Below are positions 37,721-51,127 of a DNA stretch of 64,000 bases, in pieces. A program made the translations under genes and the position numbers. Numbering within the stretch: position 1 is the stretch's first letter; each line of letters begins with the position of its first letter. This stretch comes from Octopus sinensis (lineage: Eukaryota): the NCBI RefSeq assembly GCF_006345805.1, contig NC_043006.1, positions 91,388,001-91,452,000 on the forward strand, read 5' to 3'. The notes beneath the pieces were generated by a model. It did not search any database and was not told the origin of the DNA. It saw only the letters and a list, made by a program, of their open reading frames with translations.

Positions 37721-37881
37721 GGTGCAGGAGTGGCTGTGTGGTAAGTAGCTTGCGCACCAATAACATGGCTCCGGGTTCAGTCCCACGGCAAGTGTCTTCT
37801 ACTATAATTTCGGGCCGACCAAAGCCTTGTGAGTGGATTTGATAGACGGAAACTGAAAGAAGCCCGTCGTATATATATATG

Positions 37882-37944
<63 letters not shown>

Positions 37945-38127
37945 TTGTACGGCTGTGTTTGTCCACCCCCACCATCGCTTGACAATCGATGTTGGCGCGT
38001 TTACATTCCGGTAACCTAGCGGTTCGGCAAAAGAGAACGATAGATTAAGTAATAGGTTTACAAAGAATAAGTCCAACTAAAGCGATGCTCCAGCATGGCT
38101 GCAGTCAAATGACTGAAACAAATAGAA
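37721..38127 (+). mobile_element. SINE family A, near full length with internal (TA)/(TG) tract
   Basis: GGTGCAGGAGTGGCTGTGTGGTAAGTAGCTTGC head; ...CCAGCATGGCTGCAGTCAAATGACTGAAAC tail. Confidence 0.85.
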
Positions 38128-39017
38128 GAATATATATATATATATGCACGAATGTATATATACGTGTGAATGTATGTACATGAATGTATGTGCGTATATA
38201 TTTGTGTGTCTGTGTGTACGTGTATATAGTACAAAGTTTTTCATTAAAAATGAATCTTTTAGAAATTACATACATTTAATGAGATTAATGAGGTTTACGT
38301 GCGCCAACGCATATCTGCACATATGAAACTTCTTGCATAAACACATGACATAGACACAGACGAAAGCTTTCGCTCAGTGAGCCTAAAATCGAAAATCGCT
38401 AACCACAGTAATAAACGCGTTGCACTTGGTACCCTTAGCGTAGCACTGAGATGTCACAAACCTCAGCCACAGATTTTCCAACACTATTAAGATAAGGCTA
38501 CACAAAATAACCCTAAGCATAAAATCTATCGATTGGGAACAACATTATATTCGTCGTAACATACGTCACTTTCAACACTGGCAAGCATTTATAAGCGTAC
38601 GCATAATTTGACTTCGTAAAACTCTATCCCTCAATAAATAAACGATGCATTCGAAATAATTATCGTTGCCAAAAACACATCGCAATCACCAACCAAAAAT
38701 TCAGATAATTTTTGCGCGCAAGAAGACCATTGCTTTCCTTTGAAGAGATCCTATGAGTAAAGAAACAACAATAACAATAAAGAAAGATCCCTGAAAAACA
38801 AACGATTACTCGTCGTTTGGCGTAATGATGATAGGCAGCGAAAAATTTACTTGAAACTTGAATTTAATATGCGTTAGCTTCGGGGAGATAGTGAAGAAGA
38901 AAAAGTGATTGCTCATTGATGTTGTGTTGTTGTATAGTTCTCTGATGAAGTATACAGATATATTGAAGGCTTTCCAACTATAACCACTCCGCCTTTTTAA
39001 TAATAATGTATGAATAA

Positions 39018-39855
39018 TAAGACGGCGAACTGGCAGAAACATTAGCAAATTCCGCCGAGGTCGACTTTGCCTTTCATCCTTTCGGTTACGCATTGGGGTC
39101 GATATAATCGACTTAATCCGTTTGTCTGTCCTTGCTTGTCCTCTCTGTGTTTAGCCCCTTGTGGGTAGTAAAGAAATAGGTATTTCGTCTGCCGCTACGT
39201 TCTGAGTTCAAATTCTGCCGAGGTCGACTTTGCCTTTCATCCTTTCGGTTACGCATTGGGGTCGATATAATCGACTTAATCCGTTTGTCTGTCCTTGCTT
39301 CTCCTCTCTGTGTTTAGCCCCTTGTGGGTAGTAAAGAAATAGGTATTTCGTCTGCCGCTACGTTCTGAGTTCAAATTCCGCCGAGGTCGACTTTGCCTTT
39401 CATCCTTTCGGTTACGCATTGGGGTCGATATAATCGACTTAATCTGTTTGTCTGTCTTTGCTTGTCCTCTCTGTGTTTAGCCCCTTATGGGTAGTAAAGA
39501 AATAGGTATTTCGTCTGCCGCTACGTTCTGAGTTCAAATTCTGCCGAGGTCGACTTTGCCTTTCATCCTTTCGGAGTCGATTAAATAAGTACCACTTACG
39601 CACTGGTGTTGATGTAATCGACTTAATCCGTTTGTCTGTCCTTGTTTGTTCCCTCTGTGTTTAGCCTCTTGTGGGTAGTAAAGAAATAGGTGTTTCGTCT
39701 ATCTGTACGTTCTGAGTTCAAATTCTGCCGAGGCTGACTTTGCCTTTCATCCTTTTGGGGTCGATAAATTTAGTACCAGTTGCGTACTGGAGTCGATTTA
39801 ATCGACTGACCCCTTCCCCCAAAATTTCGGGCCTTGTACCTTGAGTAGAAAAAAG
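39018..39855 (+). mobile_element. SINE family C tandem array (5 body units) with 16-bp TSD AATAATGTATGAATAA
   Basis: Unit starts AAATTC(C/T)GCCGAGG at 39047, 39210, 39373, 39536 and 39720; TSD at 39002-39017 and 39856-39871. Confidence 0.85.
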
Positions 39856-40459
39856 AATAATGTATGAATAACTTTGTTCCGCATTTTCAAAGATAGTTGG
39901 GTGTGATTAGTGGTTTATTTGGCTTCTACTATTAGCAGGTCGAGTAAGATTGACGTTCTTTCTTTGATTGCTTATGTATCATGTTATTGTTTAGTTCAAG
40001 GTCAAACTAATTAAGCATAAATTATGATCATCGGTATTCCAGTTGTGGCCATCCCGCCTTTTAGGGCTACAACGTGACATGCTGTTCAATGTTTCATTCC
40101 TCTTTTCAAGCGCGTAGGCTGTGATTTAAGAGATAGTTGAATGCTATTCCCAGCAAGATGAGCAATCATACAGAGGCTTCAACAAGTGTTTAATTGCACT
40201 AATTTGGACCTTCGACTATGATGAAATCGTAAGAGTACAGCATGACATCCGGGGTGTCTTTGTTGATTCGACAGAGCCTGTCTCTCCTCAAGAACGAGAA
40301 ACAGACAGAAAGAAAAGATTCGTTCAAATTACAGTTGTACTTTAATAATCGACCCTGAAAGAGGTGAAAGGTAAAGTTGATCTCGATGGGATTTGAACTC
40401 ACAACTCAGAGTTCCAGAAGGATTACCGCAAAGCAATCTAGCCGACACTCTAACAACTC

Positions 40460-40695
40460 GTGAAGGCGGCGAGCTGGCAGAAACGTTAGCACGCCGGGCG
40501 AAATGCTTTGCGGTATTTCGTCCGCCGCTGCGTTCTGAGTTCAAATTCCACCGAGGTCGACTTTGCCTTTTATCCTTTCGGGGTCGATAAATTAAGTACC
40601 AGTTACGCACTGGGGTCGATGTAATCGACTTAATCCGTTTGTCTGTCCTTGTTTGTTCCCTCTGTGTTTAGCCCCTTGTGGGTAGTAAAGAAAGT
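40460..40695 (+). mobile_element. SINE family C monomer nested in an older opposite-strand SINE (about 40335-40459)
   Basis: GGCGGCGAGCTGGCAGAAACGTTAGC head; TSD GA(C/T)ACTCTAACAACTC at 40444-40459 and 40696-40711. Confidence 0.85.
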
Positions 40696-41147
40696 GATAC
40701 TCTAACAACTCAGCCAATTAGACGCTTTAAGCTTAGTTAGTGCGGTATGTAATCAAATGAGGCAGCGAATGAGAAGGTTGGACAGGGTAGAAGCCGTTGT
40801 AGTAGCAGTGGAGGAGATAAAAAGGTAAAAGAAGACATCATATGTGTGTTAGGTTAAAAACAAAAAAAAAGGAAAAAAAAAGAACTCTGCTTTTCTCCTT
40901 TACAACTCTTTATTATCTACGCATACACTCCGTCACACTCTTCTGCTTTCAACTGGGTGTATTATGTATGGAGAGTGCATCTCGTCAAAGCTCGCCATGA
41001 CTCTTGTTAAAGAAAGAAAGGTGATGGAGTAATGGCCGGTGGCTTGTTTATGCGGTCGTTATCATGCTTGAAATATACGTAATATGACATGATTATGTTT
41101 GTTAGGTAACGAAAATAAAACTGCATAAAACAACCAGAGTAAATAAT

Positions 41148-41157
41148 AATAATAATG

Positions 41158-41231
<74 letters not shown>
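41148..41231. repeat. (AAT)n microsatellite
   Basis: Direct reading. Confidence 0.95.
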
Positions 41232-41233
<2 letters not shown>

Positions 41234-43019
41234 AGTCTACATAAAACTACATCGACAAAGAAAAACTAAATAAACCTTAGTGTTTACCTGTTTGCAGCGT
41301 CTGGTTAAATATCATTCTCTAGATTTTGCACCAAGAACTGTTCGCAATTTTCTTTCACCAGAGTTGATCATGATTAGCAAGCGGCACTAAACGCAATCTC
41401 GTAGAAAATTGAAAATAATCACTTAGCCCTCTCGTCTTGGTGCAAAGGCCTATTGTTATAAAATTGTTATTCCTTTCAGGAGCGGAAAATAAAGGCTGAG
41501 AAAGAAAAAAGAGATTTTGTTTAATTATGTGGATTTACAATTTTGTAACAGAAAGTAAGTTCCAGGGAAACTTTTCTCCTTTACAACTCTTTATTATCTA
41601 CGCATACACTCCGTCACACTCTTTCTCTTTCCTCTTGCACAAACACACAAGCATGCGCTCACACGCAATCACGGACACAAAGAGATACACATCGAAAGTA
41701 ATGTCTATTACGAAATGCATTAAGTTATATCTGTTCTTCAGTCCGCCCATGATTATTTCCGTTCAAAGGCTTAACTGGATGTTACAAGTAATCTCTCTGA
41801 AACTCATTCGTCCCGAATGATTTAACTTTATGAACAGTTTTAACCTGTAAATACTGACATCACAGTAGATTTCTGCTACTTCAGTGCAATAACAACACTT
41901 CCTCGTTCTTCTGTTTTCTCAACGTCCAAACTGTAATGTAACCCAGGCAGTATATCTGTTGGACAAAAGTAAGCTATCTCACAACGGTCTGAAACCAGCT
42001 GTCGGTCCTTGTTAGGCAGTGAATAATTCAACGCTCTGTGAATTCTGCTTTGAATAGAAAAGAACTGGCTTTTAAAGGATGAAAGCGCTACGTTGCCGTG
42101 AACGCCTGGCCAATACAAGCGCTTTGATAACTTTTCTGACAACCTCCCAGCTGACACATAAATCGCTAATATTCGGAAAAAATCAATGAGTTACGCTTTC
42201 AAGATCGGTGTCCACCTGGGTTCGTTTTGAAAATTGAAAGCGAACGATCTTTTCATTTTTCCTTCTTTTCTCCCATGCTGTGACGTCAGATCTACAATTA
42301 ACCCGAAATAGTCATTAAATATTTAAAAATTCAGCATTATTTTAAACAATAAGAATCTTATATGAAAACAGTTTTTAAGTATTTTTAAAGGCACATCTGT
42401 AAGAACTTAAGTTGCTCTAAGCACAACCTTCTTTACGAAACGCGTTCAACACTGGGTTGAGCCTTTACGCTTTATTTTCTCGCGGTGCCTTCAGTTTTCC
42501 GCAGGAGTCCGACTAAACAACGGACAACAATCTTTTCCATGAATCCTTGTGTAGAGAGAATATCTTCGGCAGTGACGAAACGACCCCTTAAGGGATTTAG
42601 GGGAGGGATTTAGTTTTATTTTATAAAACAAAATAAGAGTTTGTAAAGGGCACATGTAGGCTGTGGTCCAGCTTCTGATTGTCAAGATTGACCGAGCAGA
42701 CTTGTGATGAATGATATTCTAGCTTTAGCCATCCTCACTCATTTGTCATTAATCTAGTTGGTCATTGTATGCAACAAAATATATTCATATATGCATACAT
42801 GTAAACACATACACACTCACTCACACATACACTCACATACACACACTCACACACATATACACGCTTACATTGACACATATCTATGTCCACACACACACAT
42901 ACACGTACAGCACGCACACACTAATATATATACACACACATATTGGCTAAATGTCTAGTCTGGAAGGAAGCATTGTGCCAATGATGAATGAGATCGATGT
43001 GCGCAATATCCCCCCTGAA

Positions 43020-43277
43020 CAGTTACAGAGTCACGATTGCAGAAAAAGGACATAGGAAGGAATTCCAGAGAAGCAACATTCCTAGGAAGGACTGAACAAT
43101 ATGGTTGATGAAAAGAGATGAGCGAATCGAGAGTACTCGAGTTGAGGAGTGGCGTGAGACCAGCAAGTTCCGAAAAGCAAAATCTTCGGTAGTATCTATA
43201 GTAAGGGCAGAATGCGGAGACATCTGGTCTGTGGGTCAGAGATTATCGGCGATTCCCTCCTTGTTAATCAGATGTTG

Positions 43278-43308
<31 letters not shown>

Positions 43309-44688
43309 ACTTATGGGTATAAAGTAGGATGCTTCAAAGTAGAGTTATCTCCGTTCTAAATGTAAAAGCTGAGCTCAACTGAAGATTTTACTTGAGTTTT
43401 GTAAAGGGCCAATAATTGCGATGTGAGAGGGCGGGGATAAAGTGTGTTTTGGTTGCGAAGGCGCTCAGTCCTTGTGGTTCAGGTTTTACTCTGTTGGAGA
43501 TATGAGATCGCCAGGAACGATTAATTCGATGGTGAGGTCCAGCTTTTGTAACGAACTTGAAATTTTTAGTTGATTGTTATTGTTCACGATTAAAAGAATG
43601 GTATGCGATTGATATGTTCTATTGAAGTAGACAAGATTGGCAAGACATGATTTAAAGCATGATTTTATGATGTCTGTTCATGGAATTGGTGCGGTGACTG
43701 GGTTATATTTTTAAAAACTTTTTTATCATTTTGTTCCAGCCATTAGACTGTGGCCATGCTGGGGCATCGTCATGAAGAATTTATAGTTGAATCGGCTCCA
43801 GTACTTATTTTTTCATAAAGCCTGGTACTTATTCTATCGGTCTTTTTGCCGAACCGCAAAGTCATGGTGATGTAAACACAACATCACCAGTTGCCAAGCA
43901 GTGGTGGAGGATAGAGATACAAAGACACGCTCACATACATGTATACATATAAAGATGGGCTTCGGTAAGTTTCCGTCTACCAAACCCACTCTCAAGGCTT
44001 TAATAGAGGACACTTGCCCCAGGTGCCATGCTGTGGGACTGAACCCAGAACCATGTGGCCGGGAAGCAATCTTCTGACCATACAGCCACACCTGCACCTG
44101 TATGTTGATAATATTTGGTTGCAGACAAATGGAAAAGAAACAATTGTATTGTTTACATGGAGTGCAGGTTGTTGGAGATGACAGTTGTTTGGTCATTGAT
44201 GCTGAGAAGGAGAAGTGTGAGTGACCAAACTGGACCCTGGGGCACACTGAAGTTGAAAGGTTGTTGGCAGCAAAGACCTCTGTAAGCAGACGGTACAATT
44301 CCGCCATCTTGACACGAAGTCTGTTAAACGAGACAGTGAATGGGTCCGACAGACCGGCAGTTTTGATTGATCAGAGGTCTGAGTGCAGGTCGAATGGTTT
44401 GATGTAGTTGAGTGTAATGACATCTCCGCTCATTAAACGAGAGGTCAATATTGAAAGGCAAAGAAGATTATATCTCTAGTAGTTCTAGTTATACAAAAAC
44501 CATAATGGTGATCCTGTAGGAGAGAAAGATTTTGAAAATGTTGTAAGAGGAGGTTGTTAACGGTATTCTCCACTGCATTTGAGAAGTTGGAAAGGAAAGC
44601 GATAGGCCGATAGCAGTGGGATCCAGAGAAGTTGCTCGTATCATGAGTACGACAGACTGGGGCAAGTTCCAAATGATAGGGATAGAAC

Positions 44689-44735
<47 letters not shown>

Positions 44736-44870
44736 AGGAGTTTGGCGAAGCTAGAAGTTAGTTCTGGTATTCGTTGTCCGAGGTTGGTGGAAAGGAGATT
44801 CCTTGGGTCGATGCCCTCGTTAGGTTGCAAGGACTGGAATTCTTTCTCATTTGGCATGTATGTATGAGCA
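43020..44870 (-). mobile_element. Degraded CR1-like LINE RT remnant interrupted by a SINE and microsatellites
   Basis: Minus-strand peptides YRPIAFLSNFS...QDHHYGF, SVPQGPVWSLTLLLLSIND and LLALYKTQVKSSVELS match CR1-group RT motifs. Confidence 0.6.
43725..44100 (-). mobile_element. SINE family A
   Basis: Family blocks GGCCATGCTGGGGCA, GCCGAACCGC, GTGGGACTGAACCCAGAACCATGTGG. Confidence 0.8.
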
Positions 44871-47800
44871 AAGTCAGCGGTAGCAATCGTTAGCGCGTTG
44901 AATTTGTATTCTAACCAAGAATTCCTATAAATAAAAGCTAAATACTTGTTCGTCTATAAAAACTGTAAGGTATCACACCAAGTCCACGTAAAGTATGAGT
45001 GTTAATCATCAAACTTCAAAAGTTATAAAAGTAAAATTACGTGGGCTGACGCTGATGAAAATGTATTAGTCATGAGTGTCGCCATTGGAAATAAGTTGAA
45101 AATAACGGTCTACTATATTATATGAAAGACGCATGTTATTAGTTGCTTAACATTATATATCGTCGTTGGATGTCACCGCATGAGAAAGTGTAGAAAATGG
45201 AAATAAAGATAAGTTTGGCAAGATGAGGAACTAAGCGATAGAATCGAGTTTGGTTAGTCCCGAGGAAGATAATAAAATACAATATGAAGATAATAACCCC
45301 AAGATATATGAATAAGAATGTAAGCGAAGATTATTGACCGTATAAAATAGAGGATAGGTAACAGAGTAAAGTTATTGAGCGTAAAGTAAGAATTATTGAC
45401 AATATGAACTCTTCCAAGATTTACCGGAATCGACAATAGATTGAGAAATAAATTTTACGAACTTAGCTGCTAATATCGAGCACAATATAATCAGAGCTCT
45501 TCAGTAGGGACCACTAAATGGTGGACTGGAGATTTGCTTAAATTGGTTGAACAGTCATGAAGTTGGCAGAGAACACGTAACTAATGAGACAAAAGTTTTA
45601 ACACATTGTGCCGGCAATATCTCGAGTTTAATCGATTTATTGCGAAATGCAAGCCCGATCGAAATTTCTGACTGTTTACATTGATAAATGACTACAGGAC
45701 GCTACTCTACATTGATCGAAAGTCAGTGCAGAGAAATGATTTACTCTCTCCTATATCCGCCCGCTGTCATTTCATCTGTTTCAAACGTCACTAAGCAGTT
45801 TTGAATATTTTCTGATTTTATGTTTAATATAGGCTTACTTGTTGCTCTGTAAATCAGATTAGTGTGTGTGGGGTGGGGTGGGGTGGGGTGGGGGAGGCGA
45901 AAGATCTGCAATTTTCTGCACGTAAAAAAGTTGAAATTGCGTAGATTATTTTGCACGTTCCGTATGGCCGCGACTTTTTTCTGTCTAATACTTTTAACGT
46001 GAATGCTATTGAGGAAACGATATACCCTCCTATCATACAGACACGTTCGTACTCTTAAAAGATTTAAGGAAATTTCGTTAGGAGCCATTCAGACTCTTTT
46101 TATTGGTCAAAAGGTAACAAATAAAATTCTGAAGGCCATACATCTCTTAATCTCTTTTGTTTGTTTTTTAAAACTTGTTTTTGTTTTTGATCTCTTCTTT
46201 TTCGTTTCCTACTTGTTGTTTTAGTTCTTCCTTTTCCCCGAACAAATTGTTTTTCTTTGGTTTTTATCCGTTTCTCAGCCCACCATATTTTATTCATTCT
46301 ATACCTCGTTAATTTTTCTATTTTATTACATTTCATTATTTTCTTTTTCCTTTACACTTTTGTCATTTCTCCATTTTATTTTATCACGTTTCTTCATTTT
46401 CTTTTCTTCACAGCCATTTATCTAATCCATTTATCTTTTTACTTCCAATATTTTTTCAACTCCATTCTACCACTTTTCCGTGCACCCTTCATTTTATCTC
46501 GGTTTTTATCATCAGAAACAAAAGTTTGTTTTAGTATTTCTCACTCCGATCTCAGACTTTAATCATTTAACCACCATGTCGAACATTCATCTTCGTCAAA
46601 ACCGCTTATTTCATATGGGAGCTGTGACTAAGACGCCTTCCTTAACAACATACAAGTTATTTATATTTTATTTTAACGATCATTTATGCTTCTTCTTAAA
46701 CTAACTTGCACGTTTTTCAATGAGTTTCAATCTTCATATACATATATGTATATAAATAAAAGGTTGTATGGGGTGTATATTTATATAGTGTAAATGTGGT
46801 GTGTGTATAGTTACTACATATATATGCTTGCTAGTCAAGGGTATAAAATTTTGAAAAGCGTTATATTCCCGAAAAAATATGAAGTAAAATCTAGGAGTGA
46901 ACATCACTGATTGCGGTCATAGAGTGATTAGCAGATTCTTTAAATTATCCAAGAAAATGCCGGTCTGTTCGGTTCTGTTGGTTCAGTGTTCAATCTTGAC
47001 AATTCCCACTTTAGGTTTTGCCTTTCATTCTCCAGGGGTCCATAAAATAAGGTATTCATCAAGTGCTGCAGAACAAGCCACATGTTCTCCCGCCGCCAGG
47101 TGTAGCGTATTTGAACATTCGCTGTCTGTGTGTGTAGGGGAGCCGAAAACGCGGGTGTCAGAGCCCAACAACCTGGGTACCTAACACAGGAGTGGAAAGC
47201 ATAATGCATGCTGTTGTGAAGTCATACTTGGTTGCTGTTGACAACCGACGTATAAAAGGTTAAGAAACAAGGTGAAACTCTATAAAATAGTGAACAATAT
47301 TTTGCGCGCGGGGAAGTATATTGAAGTAGGCACGTTGGGGTGAAAGGTAAAGTCACAATAAGACTGATATTGTACTGTGGTTTCGATCCCTGGTTGAAGC
47401 CGTTTCAACCCAACTACACCACAAAAATTACCCGGAAAGGCATGCATGACAAAAACTCTTATTTCCTGTTTTCTAAGATATATTGTCTTCGTATTTAACG
47501 AGAAAGAAAACTAATATTGAAACAAATGATCAAAAGAATAATTTCATTAGCCTCCGCTCTTTTCCAGAACATTACTGAATTAAAATGTAAAAAAAAAGAG
47601 AAGAAAACTGAATATCAAAGAAAACAATAGATTTAGAATATTTCTAATTAGATCTATTTTAATTAACTAAAACCGTCTCTTTATGCTGTACAGAGTTGTT
47701 ACTTCAACATCAAAGACTTCGTTTCAACGCGGTGGAGAAACGAGCTTATTAGCTTTTGAATAGAAACTGTTGGTGCAAGAAATAAAGAAAATCAAATAGT

Positions 47801-48179
47801 TCCTATTGAGAATTGAACTTGCAACAAACTTCAAATATAGACTTGGCTCCCTTGGGTCTGATACGATGTACTTTGTTTTTAATTAATTTAATAAAGCAAT
47901 CTGATTTTTTTGTGTTCTTCATCCACTTTCTTTCCGCAAATGCTGTCTAAAGTACACCTCTTGGTTAAACAATCTTCTTCCACAGAATTAGTTATTCCTA
48001 TTTAAATGACATTACCGGCGGCTAAAGATTCATATGCAACTTGCACTGATCGTTTGGAAACGAGACTAAATCTTGAAGGACAACATTCACAATACAACGT
48101 TTCACGGGTCTCTTTGGAGTTGTATGAAGTAAAACAATTGAGTGGGAAACAAAAACAATAAAAATTATTACTGAATATA

Positions 48180-48320
48180 TTCAGATGGCGAGCAGCTGGC
48201 AGAAATGATAGCACAGCAGACTAAATGTTTAGAGGCATTTCTTTACGTTCTGAGTTCAAATTCCGCCGAGGTCGACTTTATCGTTCACACTTTCGTGGTT
48301 TATAAAACAAGTACTGGTTG
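48180..48320 (+). mobile_element. SINE family C fragment
   Basis: GGCGAGCAGCTGGCAGAAA...GTTCTGAGTTCAAATTCCGCCGAGGTCGACTTT. Confidence 0.7.
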
Positions 48321-48550
48321 AGTATCGTGTTTTGAACTCAGAACTTAAGGAGTTGTATCTAAATACAGAAAATCCATTATGTAAGCTCGGCACATTACTG
48401 CTTGTGCCATAAAAACCCTGCCAAAAATCCTAATAATAGTAATTTCTAAAATAGACTTAAGGTTAAACACGTTAAGGAGAAAACAGTCGATTCTGCCAAC
48501 CCGAGAACTTGAAGGGTGCGTTATTTTATCCACGCTAGAAGAATTCTTTC

Positions 48551-48750
48551 TACTATAGGCGCAAAGCCTGAAGTATAAGAAGAGGATAGTCGGTTACATC
48601 GACCCCAGTAGTCAACTGGTACTTAATTTATCTACTCGAAAGGATGAAAGGCAAAATCGATCTCGGCAGAATTGAACTTAGAAAATAGAGAATCGGAAGA
48701 AATATCGCTGAACATCTCCAGCGTGCTAACCATTTGGTCAGCTCACCGCT
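48551..48750 (-). mobile_element. SINE family C monomer (alternative tail)
   Basis: Reverse complement of the family body with a TTTCTACTATAGGCGCAAAGCC tail. Confidence 0.7.
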
Positions 48751-49815
48751 TTGCCATCCCAGAATAATGAAAAACAAATTTAAACTGGACGAATAGGGTT
48801 TGAAACTCAGAACTTGAAGAGACGACTTTATCGTTTCTGCCACGATAAAAACTGTTTTTGTCCTTATGTTTTTAAACTTAAGAATCCAGCATTCAAAAAA
48901 AAAAAAAAAAAGACCAACTGTTGATTCAAAAGAAGACAAATAATAAATTAACAAACAACTAAATAAATAAGACTGATGAACCAAATGCGAAGGTTACTAG
49001 AAAATACGTCTGTCCGTTTTTAAAGTGCGTACCTGATGAAGCAATACAAAGGTTCACTTAATTAAATTCTGTCCACTTCAATCAATATTATTTTTCTGTA
49101 AAGGAATTGGTAATCAATACTAAGGCATTCGTTTACACTCAGAAATTAAATGACTACCCAGAGGTAGAAGTACAGGTACTCGAAAGATCTTTTGAACTTG
49201 GTTGTGAAATATTGGAATTCTTCAAATCCAATCATTCAAAGCCGAAATTTAATGAGTGCTTCATAAATAAATTATTCCTGATGAGGCTGGCAGAGCGTTG
49301 CTCACAAAACTTCATCCACTAAACGAAGTCACTTCAGCAAACAATGGCAGAAACTAATCGAAGAAAACATGTTGACAATACTATTTTCCCACACTTCCAA
49401 TAACTTACCGGCTTTTGTTTCTTTCATTGAAAACCAATAACGAATTGTAAGTTCAAAACTCTGCGTGTTGAGCCAATTAGAGAACCTTTATACGGTTGTT
49501 CGATTTACTAGAAATAGCAGCTAGAATCTCTTTTATATCTTAACTACATTTATATAAAAGAAGAAAGAAATACGGACGGGATGGTCATGCATGGAACGTT
49601 ATTGATTATGAGACTATTTGGTCCTGGGTATAACCCATTCCCTCATCATCCTCATTCTCATTAACAACAATAACAATAACTTCAGAAAAAAAGGCTACGC
49701 TGGCTATTGCAGTCCTAGACACATTATGTCTGAAAAACAGATGCGATGATCATTGGCTGTTCTGTTGGCAACCACCACCACCACCACCACCAAGAATAGC
49801 AACAACAGAAGTGAA

Positions 49816-50180
49816 GGCGCAATGGCCCAATGGTTAGGGCAGAGGACTCGCGGTCGGAGGATCACGGTTTCGATTCCCAGACCGGGCGTTGTGTGTGTTT
49901 ATTGAGCGAAAACATCTAAAGCTCCATGAGGCTCCGGCAGGGGGTGGTGGCGACCCCTGTTGTACTCTTTCGCTCCAACTTTCTCTCACTCTTTCTTCCT
50001 GTTTCTTGTCCCCGACTTCCTACGCAACCGCTGAGCCTGGATGCACATTCATCCATCCGTCGATGCTCTCGGTGTCGGGGGTTGACCTGCCTTCTCTTCT
50101 GCGGGTCTTACGAATAGCAAAGGACCACGTTTCGAAGACCGCTACGCTCAACGGCAACAACATTAAGGCATGCTGTATTA
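49816..50180 (+). mobile_element. SINE family B with a different 3' half
   Basis: Head matches 10645-10941 up to ...CTCTTTCTTC, then diverges. Confidence 0.75.
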
Positions 50181-50210
50181 GATAATGAAGGTCGAGACAT
50201 GTTATCTTTT

Positions 50211-50590
50211 ATTTTTCTTTCGGTTCAGTCATCGGACTGTGGCCATGCTACAGCATCGCCTCGAAAGGGTTTAGTCGAATAAATCGACTGCAGTCCATCT
50301 TTTAATAGTCAGTAGTTATTGTGTCACTCTTTTTTTGCTAAACCGCTAAGTTACAAGGACATAAACAAACCAACACCAGTTGTCAAGCAATGGTAGGAGG
50401 ACAAACACAAACACACGCCCACATACACAGAAAACGTATATAGGTATCATATAGAACGGGTTTCCACATAGTTTCCATCTACCAAATTCCCTCACAAAAC
50501 AGTCGGCGCAGGGCCATGGTAGAATACACTTACCGAAGAAACTGAACCCGTAACCATGTGGTTGTGAATCAAACCTCCTACCAAACTGCG
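50211..50590 (-). mobile_element. SINE family A (diverged)
   Basis: Family blocks present. Confidence 0.7.
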
Positions 50591-50679
50591 TCTATAAAGG
50601 AACGCGTGGGACGATCATACTTCACTGCTCACTCAGGGCTGAGATGGGGCTAATGAGCAGCAGCAGCAGCAATAATAAT

Positions 50680-51127
50680 AACCTTTCTACTATAAGCACA
50701 AGGGCTGTAATTTGGAGGAGGATGTAAGCTGATTATATCGACCCTTGTGTTTCACTGGTACTTAATTTATTGATCCCCGAAAGGATTCAAGGCAAAGGCG
50801 ACCTCAGCGGAATTTGAACTCAGAACGTAATGGCAGAATGTAAATACCTATTTCTTTACTGCCCACAGGGGGCTACACACAGAGGGGACAAACAAAGTCA
50901 GACAAACGGATTAAGTCGGTTATATCGACCCCAGTGCGTAACTGGTACTTATTTAATCGACCCCGAAAGGATGAGAGGCAATATTCAACTAGTGCTTATT
51001 TTATAAAGCCCCATAGGATGAATGGCAAAGTCGACCTCGGCGGAATTTGAACTTAGAACGTAGCGGCAGATGAAATACTGCTAAGCATTTCGTCCGGCGT
51101 GCTAGCGATTCTGCCAGTTCGCCGCCT
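50680..51127 (-). mobile_element. SINE family C dimer (head, body, tail A, body, tail B)
   Basis: Contains the same tail-to-body junction GTAAAGAAATAGGTATTT as the 39-kb array. Confidence 0.8.

Noticed and set aside
39018-39855. CRISPR-like or satellite array
   Set aside because: Units are SINE bodies with no unique spacers, in a eukaryotic context.
41876-42157. Complex-looking 93-aa minus-strand ORF as a possible host exon
   Set aside because: No recognised domain, stops in the upstream frames, and no clear splice sites.
48970-49015. CTGATGA...GAAA near 48973
   Set aside because: Five unpaired nucleotides separate stem II from GAAA and no stem I forms. Similar isolated CTGATGA at about 49032 and 49278 lack the GAAA box.
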